Shown here: piece after piece, positions 50,572 to 59,932 of the stretch
How the letters are laid out: each line of letters begins with the position of its first letter
Numbering within the stretch: the stretch's first letter is position 1
From: an uncultured Chloroflexia bacterium
Lineage (GTDB): Bacteria; Chloroflexota; Limnocylindria; Limnocylindrales; CSP1-4
Assembly: GCA_963746845.1 (NCBI GenBank)
Contig: CAVVCZ010000001.1
Span: forward strand, 192,001-256,000
Length of the DNA stretch: 64,000 bases
Direction: 5' to 3'
Program-made: the position numbers and the translations under genes
The notes under the pieces: generated by a model
What the model was told of the DNA's origin: nothing
Databases searched by the model: none
What the model saw: only the letters and a program-made list of their open reading frames with translations

Positions 50572-52566
50572 CTACCTGGCCGCCAGCACGAGGAACGACC
50601 CGGCCATCACGATCAGGCCGACGGCGATCCCGAGGGCGTAGTTCTGGACGCGTCCGGTCTGGACGCGGCGGAGGCCCTTGCCGGCGTCGACGGTCGTCGT
50701 CGCCACGTCGTTGACCGTGTCGTCGATCACCCGCCGATCGAACCACCAGAAGAAGGCCGCGACCTTTCCGCCGATGACCATGAACAGCAGGTGGTTGAGG
50801 TCGTCGAACCACCACTTGTTCAGCGACGCGCGGTAGAGGAACGGGACGCGGGCGGTCAGGGCCCGGACGCGCTCGGGGTTCGGGCGCCAGCGCAGGCCGC
50901 TGATCTCCACCCCGAACAGCCGCCAGGCGAGGATCATGCCGACGACCGCGATCCCGACGCCGGACACGAGCGCGAACCCGTCGATGCCGAAGATCACGAA
51001 GGTCTGCTCGGTGTGGCCGAGGAGCTCCTCGCCCTGGGCGAAGACAGGCTCGAGCCATGTCGCGAGGAGGCCTTTGGTGTCGGGCGGGAAGCCGAGCAGC
51101 GGCCCGAGCGGCGGACCCGGGAACGAGAGGATCATCCCGAGGAAGATCGACGGGATCGCCAGCAGCCAGAGCGGCACGGTCATGACCGGCGGCGACTCGT
51201 GGATGTGCGGCTCGACCGCCGGATCGACGTGGCTGGGGCCCCAGAACGTCATCCCGATGAGCCGGAACATATAGAAGGCCGTCATCAGCGCGACGACGAT
51301 CCCGATGAACCAGACCCACTGGAAGCCGAGCTTGAACGTCTCGTCGAGGATCTCGTCCTTGCTGAAGAAGCCGGCGAGCGGCGGGATGCCCGCGATCGCG
51401 ATCGCGCCGATCAGCATCGTCCGGTAGGTCTGCGGGATCTTCGTCCGCAGCCCGCCCATCCGGCGCATGTCCTGCTCCTCGTGCACGGAGTGGATGACCG
51501 AGCCCGAGCCGAGGAACAGCAGGCCCTTGAAGAAGCCGTGCGTCATCAGGTGGAAGATCGCCGCGGTGAACGCGCCGACGCCGAGGGCCGCGAACATGTA
51601 GCCCAGCTGGCTGAGTGTCGAATACGCGAGGACGCGCTTGATGTCCGTCTGGGTCATCGCGATCGTCGCAGCGAGGAGCGCGGTGAAGATGCCGATCCCC
51701 GCGACGATGACCATCGCGTCGGGGGCGCTCGCGAAGATCGGGTTCGTCCGGGCGACGAGGTAGACGCCGGCGTTGACCATCGTCGCGGCATGGATCAGCG
51801 CCGACACCGGGGTCGGGCCCTCCATCGCGTCCGGCAGCCAGACGTGGAGCGGGAACTGGGCGCTCTTGCCGACGGCGCCGGCGAACACGAGGAGGGCGAC
51901 GATCCAGATCGGGATCGCGAGGCTCGCCCCTTCGGCCGTGAGGCCTGCGATCGAGTCGCGGATGTTCAGGGTCCCGGTGTTCACGAAGATTGCCATGATC
52001 CCGAGCGCGAACCCGACGTCGCCGACGCGGTTGACGAGGAACGCCTTCTTCGCCGCGAGCGCGGCGCTCTGCTTCTGCTTCCAGAACCCGATCAGCAGGT
52101 AGCTCGAGAGGCCGACCAGCTCCCACGCGACGAAGACGACGAGGAAGTTGTCCGCGAGGACCAGCAGGAGCATCGAGACCATGAACAGGTTCAGGTAGGC
52201 GAAGAACCGCCAGTAGCCGGGGTCATGGCTCATGTAGCCGATCGAGTAGATGTGGACGAGCAGGCCGATCGTCAGGACGACGATCAGGAGGCAGGCCGTC
52301 AGGTTGTCGACGAAGAGCCCGGCCGTGACCTGGAAGCTCGCCGATGCGATCCATGTGTAGAGCGTCACGCCGTAGCCGTGCTCGCCGAACGGCTCGTTGC
52401 CGGACAGGGCGTTGAAGACGACGAACATCCCGATCGCCCACGCGATCCCCACCGCGCCGACCGGGACGAGATGGGCCCGCTTGCCGAGCCGTCGCCCGGC
52501 GACCGCGGTGAACAGGAAGCCGAGCAGTGGCAGGGCGATGATCGCCGGGATCAGGACGTCGAACAT
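50572..52566 (-). CDS. nuoL: Complex I subunit L
   Basis: WELVGL, KSAQFPLHVWLPDAMEGPTPVSALIHAATMV, QTGRVQNY. Confidence 0.96.
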   Translation of the reverse strand: MFDVLIPAIIALPLLGFLFTAVAGRRLGKRAHLVPVGAVGIAWAIGMFVVFNALSGNEPFGEHGYGVTLYTWIASASFQVTAGLFVDNLTACLLIVVLTIGLLVHIYSIGYMSHDPGYWRFFAYLNLFMVSMLLLVLADNFLVVFVAWELVGLSSYLLIGFWKQKQSAALAAKKAFLVNRVGDVGFALGIMAIFVNTGTLNIRDSIAGLTAEGASLAIPIWIVALLVFAGAVGKSAQFPLHVWLPDAMEGPTPVSALIHAATMVNAGVYLVARTNPIFASAPDAMVIVAGIGIFTALLAATIAMTQTDIKRVLAYSTLSQLGYMFAALGVGAFTAAIFHLMTHGFFKGLLFLGSGSVIHSVHEEQDMRRMGGLRTKIPQTYRTMLIGAIAIAGIPPLAGFFSKDEILDETFKLGFQWVWFIGIVVALMTAFYMFRLIGMTFWGPSHVDPAVEPHIHESPPVMTVPLWLLAIPSIFLGMILSFPGPPLGPLLGFPPDTKGLLATWLEPVFAQGEELLGHTEQTFVIFGIDGFALVSGVGIAVVGMILAWRLFGVEISGLRWRPNPERVRALTARVPFLYRASLNKWWFDDLNHLLFMVIGGKVAAFFWWFDRRVIDDTVNDVATTTVDAGKGLRRVQTGRVQNYALGIAVGLIVMAGSFLVLAAR

Positions 52567-52576
52567 CAGGTCGCCA

Positions 52577-52966
52577 TCACTGGCGCATCGCGTCGTACTC
52601 GTCGACGAGCGGAGTCTTCTTGTTCCGATAGATCGCGATGACGATCGCGAGGCCGACCGTCGCCTCCCCGGCGGCGACGGCCATGACGAGGAGCGCGATC
52701 ACCGACGCACCGGCGCCGAGCGCCGGGATGAACGCGCCGAACGCCACGATCGACAGGTTGACCGCGTTCAGCATCAGCTCGATCGACATCAGCATGCTGA
52801 TCGCGTTGCGCCGGGCCAGGAAGCCGAACATCCCGATCGCGAACAGCAGGCCGGCGAGGATCAGGTAGGCGTCGAGCGAGCGCGAGCCACCGGCGGCCAG
52901 GCCGATCGTCCCCAGCCCGCCGATCAGGACCACCGCCAGGACCGTCCCGATGATGACCTTGATCAT
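52577..52966 (-). CDS. nuoK: Complex I subunit K (N-terminally extended)
   Basis: [26 protein letters not shown]. Confidence 0.93.
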   Translation of the reverse strand: MIKVIIGTVLAVVLIGGLGTIGLAAGGSRSLDAYLILAGLLFAIGMFGFLARRNAISMLMSIELMLNAVNLSIVAFGAFIPALGAGASVIALLVMAVAAGEATVGLAIVIAIYRNKKTPLVDEYDAMRQ

Positions 52967-53511
52967 TCGGAGTCGTCCGAGGACGCGGTCCGGTCGCGCT
53001 TCGCGAGGAAGATCCCGCCGATCACCGCCGCGAGCAGGAGCACGCCGACGATCTCGAACGGGAGCACCCAGTCGGAGAACAGCTGCCGGGCGAGATCCGG
53101 CGTCTGGGTCGTGCCCGGCCGGGCCGAGCCGCCCCAGTCGGTCGCGGCCACGGTGAGCACGAGGATGACGACGAGGATCACCGCGGCGACGGCCGCCGGC
53201 ACCGCCTGCGTCTGGAAGACGAGCCGGTTCGGGGCGGACTTCGTCTGGGTGAGCATGATCGCGAACAGGACGAGGACGCTGATCGCGCCGATGTAGACGA
53301 GGACCTGGGCGGCGGCGACGAGCGGGGCGCCGAGCATGACGTAGATCCCGGCGAGGGCCGCGAAGCAGACCATCATCGCGAGGCCGCATCGGATGATGTC
53401 GCGCAGGGTCACGACGAGCAGCCCCGACAGGAGCATCGTCCCCGCGAGGAGCACGAACAGGACGTCGTCCCAGGGGATGCCGAGGATCGGGATCGTGTCG
53501 GGGATCGCCAC
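52963..53511 (-). CDS. nuoJ: Complex I subunit J
   Basis: [28 protein letters not shown]. Confidence 0.93.
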   Translation of the reverse strand: MAIPDTIPILGIPWDDVLFVLLAGTMLLSGLLVVTLRDIIRCGLAMMVCFAALAGIYVMLGAPLVAAAQVLVYIGAISVLVLFAIMLTQTKSAPNRLVFQTQAVPAAVAAVILVVILVLTVAATDWGGSARPGTTQTPDLARQLFSDWVLPFEIVGVLLLAAVIGGIFLAKRDRTASSDDSE

Positions 53512-53520
53512 GGGCGGTCC

Positions 53521-56181
53521 TCAGCCGTGCCCGTGGCCGGCGTGCTCACCGCCGTCCGCGCCATGGCCGGCCGTCAGGGCCGGGACGTGGCCGTTGCCGT
53601 TGCCGTCGTGCCCGTTGCCGGACCCGTCGCCGAGCTCCTTCGCGACGTACGCCGCGACCGATGCCGGGAGCATCGGCAGCAGCCGGGTCGGGGCGACGGG
53701 TCGGCCTGCGGCGGCCGCCCGCTCGGCCCAGTCGCGCTCGCGCCGGATGTAGGTCATCTCGGTCTCCTGGTCGACCGTCGCGAGGGCGATCAGGTCGACC
53801 ATCGGATCGACGCGCGAGGTGTGCGAGAGCTCGAAGTCGCCGCCGTCGCGCAGGGCGTCGTACGGGCACGCGTCGACGCAGATCCCGCACAGGATGCAGC
53901 GGCTCTCGTCGACGTCGTACGTCTGGAGGACGCGCGGCTTCGGCATCAGGGCGCCGGTCGGGCAGGTCTCGGCGCATCGGCCGCACGACACGCACGGGGT
54001 GTCGTTGAGGCTCATGTCGAGCGGCGTCGTGACGAGGGTGTCGAAGCCGATCCGCATGAAGTCGTAGCAGGCCGCCCCGACGACCTCGGAGCAGACCTGC
54101 GCGCACCGGCCGCAGTCGATGCAGCGCGAGGGCTCGCGCAGGATGAACGCGTGCGAGTCGTCCCGGATGTAGTCATGGTTGATGCCCGTGAACCGGTTCT
54201 CGGTCACGCTCCGGTAGCCCGCTCCCTGGTGGTTCTGCGGCTCGAGCGTCTGGAGCGTCGTCCCGTACTCGATCCCGAGACGGCGGAGGTCGCAGAACCC
54301 GATCGCCTCGCAGGTGCACTGGAGACAGCGCGTCGACTCCGCGACGACCTCCTCGCGGGTGTACGGGATCTCGTACTCGATGTAGCTGTCGTTGCGGACG
54401 CTCGCGGGCATCGCCTTCAGGCGGTAGCGGGGCTCCTTCTGCTCGCTCGTGAACGGGACGATCGAGAGGAACTCGGGCTGCGGCTCGGCGAGCTGCTGGC
54501 GGGTCTTGATCTCCGACAGGTCGAGGCCCTTCAGGAAGGCGTCGACCGCGTAGGCGGACCGGCGGCCCTCGGCGACCGCCTGGACGACGGTCGCGGCGCC
54601 GACACGGACGTCCCCGCTCCCGAAGACGCCCGGGCGGTCGGTGAGGAAGGTGACGGCGTCGGCCTTGAGACGCCTGTTCCGGGTCGGCTGCGGGCCTTCG
54701 GAGCCCGGCCCGATCCAGGTGAGCTCCGGGCCCTGGCCGATCGCGAGGAGGACCCGGTCGCACGGGATGACGAACTCGGTCCCCGGGGCCGGCTCCGGCC
54801 GGCGCCGCCCGGACGCGTCCGGCTCGCCCGGCCGGTTCCGGATGAACTCGACCCCGGTGACCTTGCCCTTGGCGTCGGTGATGACCCGCGTCGGGCCCGC
54901 CTGGAAGATCGCCTGGACGCCTTCCTCGATCGCCTCGTGGACCTCGTTCGCCGCCGGCATGTCCTTCATGTCGCGGCGGTAGACGAGGGTCACCTCGGCC
55001 GCGCCCTGGCGGATCGAGGTGCGGCTGCAGTCCATCGAGGTGAACCCGCCGCCGATGACGACGACGCGCTTGCCGGCGTGGCCCGGGTAGGGCAGGCCGA
55101 GGGTCGCCGTTCGGAGGTACTCGAGGCCGTCGAGGACCTCGGCCGCGTCCTCGCCCGGCACGCCGAGCTTGTTCGTGTCGTAGCAGCCGATCGCGATCAG
55201 CACGGCGTCGAAGCCCTGGTTCTGGAGGTCGTCCAGCCCGAAGTCCTTGCCGAGCTCCGCGTTGCAGACCATCTTCCCGCCGAGCCGGGTCACGGATTCG
55301 TACTCGGCCTCGAGGACCTCGACCTTCGGCAGGCGGTACTGCGGGATCCCGTAGCGGAGCATCCCGCCGGGCGCGGCGTCGCGCTCGAAGACGGTGACGT
55401 CGTGGCCCGCGATCAGCAGGTAGTACGCGGCGGCCATGCCGGCCGGCCCGGAGCCGATGACCGCGGCCTTCCGGCCACTCTTCGGCTGGACCTCGAACGG
55501 GATCGGCGGGTCCTCGCCGTCGTCCAGCATCATCTTGATGACCTGGTCGCCGGCGTAGCGATGGGAGTCGCGGATCGCGATCGCCTCGTCGACCTCGTCG
55601 CGCCGGCAGTGCTCCTCGCACGGCGCCGGGCAGACCCGGCCGAGGACGCTCGGGAACGGGATCGTCCGCTTGAAGATCCGGGTGGACTCGCGGAAGTTCG
55701 CCTCGGCGTTCGCCTTCAGGAAGCCCGGGATGTCGATGTGGCTCGGGCACTTGTTCTGGCAGGGCGGCAGGCAGTAGGCGTTGTGGTCCGAGAAGATCAG
55801 CTCGAGGTTCGTCCGGCGGAGACGGCGGACCTCCTCGGTCTGGGTCTTGACGACCATGTCCGGCTCGCACGTCCGCGAGCACGAGATCGGCGGGTGCTCC
55901 TCGCCCGCGACCTCGACGACGCACATCCGGCACGCGCCGAAGCCGGGCAGCTTCGGCTCGTAGCAGAGGGTCGGGATCTCGATCCCGTTGTCGCGGCAGA
56001 CCTCGAGGATCGTCTGCCCCTCGAAGCCCTCGACGACCCGGCCGTCGACCTCGATCCGGATGCGCGGCGACGACTGCGGCCGTTGCGGCGACTGGGTCGT
56101 GATCAGCCGCTCGGCGAGGCTGTCGTCGAACGGCTCGAGCGTGTTCGTTTCGACGTAGGGGCGCGGCAGCAGGTCGGTCAT
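53521..56181 (-). CDS. 886-aa hybrid: NuoG N-terminal Fe-S domains + GltD-like FAD/NAD(P)H oxidoreductase + NuoI C-terminal half
   Basis: IPTLC..GACRMC..SC; PPC..CP; [12 protein letters not shown]; IGSGPAG; GGMLRYGIP; GGGFTSMDC; YRR; RCIDCGRC; CVSCGRC..CP; [23 protein letters not shown]. Confidence 0.88.
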   Translation of the reverse strand: MTDLLPRPYVETNTLEPFDDSLAERLITTQSPQRPQSSPRIRIEVDGRVVEGFEGQTILEVCRDNGIEIPTLCYEPKLPGFGACRMCVVEVAGEEHPPISCSRTCEPDMVVKTQTEEVRRLRRTNLELIFSDHNAYCLPPCQNKCPSHIDIPGFLKANAEANFRESTRIFKRTIPFPSVLGRVCPAPCEEHCRRDEVDEAIAIRDSHRYAGDQVIKMMLDDGEDPPIPFEVQPKSGRKAAVIGSGPAGMAAAYYLLIAGHDVTVFERDAAPGGMLRYGIPQYRLPKVEVLEAEYESVTRLGGKMVCNAELGKDFGLDDLQNQGFDAVLIAIGCYDTNKLGVPGEDAAEVLDGLEYLRTATLGLPYPGHAGKRVVVIGGGFTSMDCSRTSIRQGAAEVTLVYRRDMKDMPAANEVHEAIEEGVQAIFQAGPTRVITDAKGKVTGVEFIRNRPGEPDASGRRRPEPAPGTEFVIPCDRVLLAIGQGPELTWIGPGSEGPQPTRNRRLKADAVTFLTDRPGVFGSGDVRVGAATVVQAVAEGRRSAYAVDAFLKGLDLSEIKTRQQLAEPQPEFLSIVPFTSEQKEPRYRLKAMPASVRNDSYIEYEIPYTREEVVAESTRCLQCTCEAIGFCDLRRLGIEYGTTLQTLEPQNHQGAGYRSVTENRFTGINHDYIRDDSHAFILREPSRCIDCGRCAQVCSEVVGAACYDFMRIGFDTLVTTPLDMSLNDTPCVSCGRCAETCPTGALMPKPRVLQTYDVDESRCILCGICVDACPYDALRDGGDFELSHTSRVDPMVDLIALATVDQETEMTYIRRERDWAERAAAAGRPVAPTRLLPMLPASVAAYVAKELGDGSGNGHDGNGNGHVPALTAGHGADGGEHAGHGHG

Positions 56182-56188
56182 CGTCTCG

Positions 56189-57556
56189 TCACTGAACGGC
56201 TGCGCTGGCGGCGACCGCGATCGGCCGGCAGACGCCGGCCGGGCACGAGCTCCGCAGGATGTGCTCGTCGAGCTCGGACTGGAAGTATCGCATCCCACTC
56301 GCGAACGGAAGGGTCGCCAGCCGCTCGTGGGCGCACAGTCCGGACCCGACGATGTCGTTCGACAGGTCGGCCAGGAGATACAGGTCGGTGGGCTTCGGGA
56401 CGCCGGTCGCGATCCGGTCGCCGATCTCGCTGATCCGGCGCAACCCGATCCGGCAGGGGATCGTCTTGCCGCACGCCTCGTCGGCGCAGTAGCGGGTCAG
56501 GAGCCGGGCGAGATCCACGATGCAGGCCCGCCGGTCCGCCGCGACGATCGAGCCGGAGCCGATGTGGGCCCCGACCGCGCGGAGCGCGTCGAACTCGTAC
56601 GGCGTGTCCGCGAACTCGGGCGGCAGGATCCCGCCGGACGGCCCACCGACGAGGATGGCCTTGAGATGCTTCTCGGCGTCCTTGCCGGTGAGGGCGAGGA
56701 TCTCGCGGAGCGGCGTCCCGATCGGAACCTCGGCGACGCCGGCACCGTCCGGCGTCCGGACCGACACGAGGATCGTGCCCGGGCTGCCCTTCGCGCCGAT
56801 CGCCGCGAAGGCCTCGGCACCGTTGACGAGGATCCACGGCACGGCGGCGAGGGTCTGGACGTTCTGGACGACCGTCGGCCGGCCGAACAGGCCCTTCGTC
56901 GCGGGCTGCGGCGGCCGCTGCTCGGGCTGGCCACGCTTGCCCTCGAGGGCCTTCAGGAGGACGGTCTCCTCGCCCAGCATGTAGGCGCCCTGGACCGGCC
57001 GGACGGTGAGGTCCATGACGTGCCCGGAGCCGAGGACGTCGTCGCCCGCGAGGGCCGCGTCCACGAGCCGCTCGATCGCCGTCTCGAGCGTCCGGATCGC
57101 ATCGACGGCCTCCGCCCGGACCGCGATGATCACCTCGTTCGCGCCGATCGCCAGGGCCGCGATCAGCGCCCCCTCGAGCACCGCGTAGGGGTTCCGCTCC
57201 AGCAGCGCGCGGTCCGTCCGGGACGACGGATCCGCGCCATAGCCGTTCGCCACCACGACCTTGCGCATCGCCGAGCGGTCGCCGCTGCCGGTGCCGGGCG
57301 CGACCACGTCCGGAGCCGGCGCGTTCGCCGCGACGCGCCATTTCTCGGCGGTCGGGAAGCCCGCTCCGCCGCGGCCGCGGAGTCCGGAGGCGGCGATCGT
57401 CGCGATCGTTCCGGCCGAGCCCAGGTCGTGCATCGCCTTCGCGAGTCCCTCGAAGGCGCCCGCCTCGCGGGCGGCGTCGAGATCGAGGGGATCCCGGTTG
57501 CCGCGCGGCAGGAGGATCGCCGGCCAGGACCGCGCTGTGCGGAGGATCGTCGTCAT
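56189..57556 (-). CDS. nuoF: Degenerate NuoF-like subunit
   Basis: SGLRGRGGAGFPT, GAY..GEET..ALEG, GGPSGG retained; other motifs altered. Confidence 0.85.
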   Translation of the reverse strand: MTTILRTARSWPAILLPRGNRDPLDLDAAREAGAFEGLAKAMHDLGSAGTIATIAASGLRGRGGAGFPTAEKWRVAANAPAPDVVAPGTGSGDRSAMRKVVVANGYGADPSSRTDRALLERNPYAVLEGALIAALAIGANEVIIAVRAEAVDAIRTLETAIERLVDAALAGDDVLGSGHVMDLTVRPVQGAYMLGEETVLLKALEGKRGQPEQRPPQPATKGLFGRPTVVQNVQTLAAVPWILVNGAEAFAAIGAKGSPGTILVSVRTPDGAGVAEVPIGTPLREILALTGKDAEKHLKAILVGGPSGGILPPEFADTPYEFDALRAVGAHIGSGSIVAADRRACIVDLARLLTRYCADEACGKTIPCRIGLRRISEIGDRIATGVPKPTDLYLLADLSNDIVGSGLCAHERLATLPFASGMRYFQSELDEHILRSSCPAGVCRPIAVAASAAVQ

Positions 57557-57578
57557 CGCGGGATCGTCGTCATCGCGT

Positions 57579-58241
57579 TCAGGCCCGCGCCTGGCCGGCG
57601 AGGGAGGCATCGAGGCCCGCGAGGTACGTGCTCTCGCGGCCGGCGCGTGCGGCGGCGGTCGCGGCTGCGAGGGGCTCGGCGGCCGGCGGCTCGAACCGCA
57701 GGTGGCGGTAGTAGGTCGCCGTCCCGTAGATCATCGCGTACCAGGCACCGGTCCTCTGGCTGATCAGCTTCAGCGCCGCGACGGGCAGGTGGCCGTACTC
57801 CGCCTGGGTCGCGTCGAGGATCTCGAGCATCCGCTTGGGGTCGAAGTCGTAGCGCTCGAGGATCGCCTCGAGGGCCTCGGGGTGGATCGGGTCGAAGTGC
57901 GCGTAGGCCTGGTCCGGCACAGGCCGGCCGGAGCGCCGGAGCGCCAATTCGTCGCGCCGCTCGCCGTAGGTCTCCGGGGCGCCCCAGTGGATGTGGTACC
58001 GGCCCTTCGTGTCGACACCGCCCATGTCGATGCACTCGATCGGGCAGGCCTGGGCGCACTGGAAGCACGTCTCGCACTTCAGCGTGCCGTACTCGTCGTA
58101 GAGCAGCTGGAGCCGGCCGCGGAACTTCGGCGGGACGTCGAGCCGCACCTCGGGGTACTTGATCGTCGCCTTCGGCTCGAAGAACTTCTTCAGCGTCAGG
58201 CCCATGCCCTTGACGATCCCGAGACCGGGCAGCGGGATCAT
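57579..58241 (-). CDS. Fusion of NuoI N-terminal half and NuoE N-terminal helical domain
   Basis: GMGLTLK.FF..TIKYPE..FRGR..KCETCFQCAQACP then ILERY..EIL..Q.EYGHLP..IYGTATYY; ATGA overlap with nuoH. Confidence 0.85.
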   Translation of the reverse strand: MIPLPGLGIVKGMGLTLKKFFEPKATIKYPEVRLDVPPKFRGRLQLLYDEYGTLKCETCFQCAQACPIECIDMGGVDTKGRYHIHWGAPETYGERRDELALRRSGRPVPDQAYAHFDPIHPEALEAILERYDFDPKRMLEILDATQAEYGHLPVAALKLISQRTGAWYAMIYGTATYYRHLRFEPPAAEPLAAATAAARAGRESTYLAGLDASLAGQARA

Positions 58242-59587
58242 CGCGGCAGCACGACGAGGATCGCGGCGGCCGTCACGAACAGGTTCAGCAGCGAGGCCGG
58301 CAGCAGCCACTTCCAGGCGAAGTTCATCAGCTGGTCGATCCGGACGCGGGGCAGCGTGCCGCGCATCCACACGAAAATGAACACGAACGTGTAGGCCTTG
58401 AGCAGGAACCAGAGCAGCCCGGCCACCCAGTCCCAGCTGATGAACACGGCGCCGCCGATGACGACGATCACGAGCAGGTTGAACAGGATGAAGCCGATGA
58501 TCAGCGCCTGCCACCACGGCAGCGAGCTCCGCCCGACGTAGAACGGCGCCGAGAGCGCGAGGATCAGGAGCGGCGGGACGATCAGGAGGGCGAACAGCAG
58601 CCCCAGCCCCATCGAGCCCGGGTCGAGGTTCAGGTGGATCGCCCAGGCCTCGGGCCAGGCGATCGGGGCGTTCCAGCCACCGAAGAACAGCGTGACGATC
58701 AGGCCCGAGACGACGAACACGTTCACGTACTCGGCGAAGAAGAAGAACCCGAACCGCATGCCGGAGTACTCGGTCGCGAAGCCCGCGACGATCTCGCTGT
58801 CCGCCTCGGTCAGGTCGAACGGCGTCCGGTTCGCCTCCGCCGTCGCGGCGATGAAGAAGATCAGCGCGCCGAGCGGCTGCTGGAACACGTACCAGTTCGT
58901 GAACCAGCCGGCCTGGTTGAGCGTGATCTGGTTGAGGCTCATCGTCCCGGCCAGGAGCAGCAGGCCGACGACCGACAGGGTCAGCGGGATCTCGTAGCTG
59001 ATCACCTGGGCTGCCGACCGCAGCCCGCCGAGCAGCGAGTACTTGTTGAACGACGACCAGCCGCCCATCAGCAAGCCGACCACCGTCAGGCCGCTGACGG
59101 CGAACAGGTAGAGCAGGCCGATGTTGAAGTCCTGCCCGAACAGGCCCGGGGCGAACGGCAGGACGAGCAGCGCCATCACGGCGGACATGTAGACGACGAC
59201 CGGGGCGAGGGTGAACACGATCCGGTCGGAGCCGGTCGGGCTGAAGTCCTCCTTCATCAGGACCTTGAGCCCGTGGACCACCGACAGGAGCGACCCGTAC
59301 GGGCCCACCCGGTCCGGCCCGATCCGGAGGTTCATCAGGGCGATGACCTTCATCTCCATGTAGATGATCAGGAACGCCGACGGGACGCTCATCAGGAGGA
59401 CCGCGGTCGCCGCGACGATGAAGCGGACGAGCCACAGGTTCGCGGCGAGGAAGTCGACGATCGGCTTGCCGAACAGGACGATGACGAGGGCAAGGCCCGC
59501 CGTGAGCAGGAGCAGGATCGGGACGATCGTGAAGATCAGCTTCCCGGCCAGCGTCAGGCGGCCCCAGGAGCGGGCCATCGTGGTCAC
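58238..59587 (-). CDS. nuoH: Complex I subunit H
   Basis: RIGPDRVG, KYSLLGGLRSAAQVISYE, NRTPFDLTEADSE, RGTLPRVRIDQ. Confidence 0.95.
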   Translation of the reverse strand: MTTMARSWGRLTLAGKLIFTIVPILLLLTAGLALVIVLFGKPIVDFLAANLWLVRFIVAATAVLLMSVPSAFLIIYMEMKVIALMNLRIGPDRVGPYGSLLSVVHGLKVLMKEDFSPTGSDRIVFTLAPVVVYMSAVMALLVLPFAPGLFGQDFNIGLLYLFAVSGLTVVGLLMGGWSSFNKYSLLGGLRSAAQVISYEIPLTLSVVGLLLLAGTMSLNQITLNQAGWFTNWYVFQQPLGALIFFIAATAEANRTPFDLTEADSEIVAGFATEYSGMRFGFFFFAEYVNVFVVSGLIVTLFFGGWNAPIAWPEAWAIHLNLDPGSMGLGLLFALLIVPPLLILALSAPFYVGRSSLPWWQALIIGFILFNLLVIVVIGGAVFISWDWVAGLLWFLLKAYTFVFIFVWMRGTLPRVRIDQLMNFAWKWLLPASLLNLFVTAAAILVVLPR

Positions 59588-59932
59588 GCCGCGACTCCCC
59601 GCGCGTGTGACCGCGCCCACTCCGCGGGCCTGCCCAAGCCCGGAAATTGTCGAATGTCACCCACGGCGTCCTTGTCCATCGACACCGTGGAGATTCGGCG
59701 CGCTCCGGCGCATGCGGGGTCCGCCGTTAGCCTCAGGCGGCTACTTGTCGACCGGTCCGGGAGGTCTACGCGCGTGCCAGGCTGGATAGCGACGCTCACG
59801 CCGGCATTCGACAAGGTCCGGCGTCGGGGCGTGCCGGGGACGAGCCTGGGCGTCACTTGTCCACGCCGCCGTCCTCGGGCCGATGGCGTCGCGGAGCTCC
59901 GCCTCGGGCCTCGGAGGACACATGCCGGCGCG

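Noticed and set aside
53521-56181. Glutamate synthase small subunit, formate dehydrogenase or [FeFe]-hydrogenase
   Set aside because: No gltB, no molybdopterin domain or H-cluster motifs; embedded in the nuo operon
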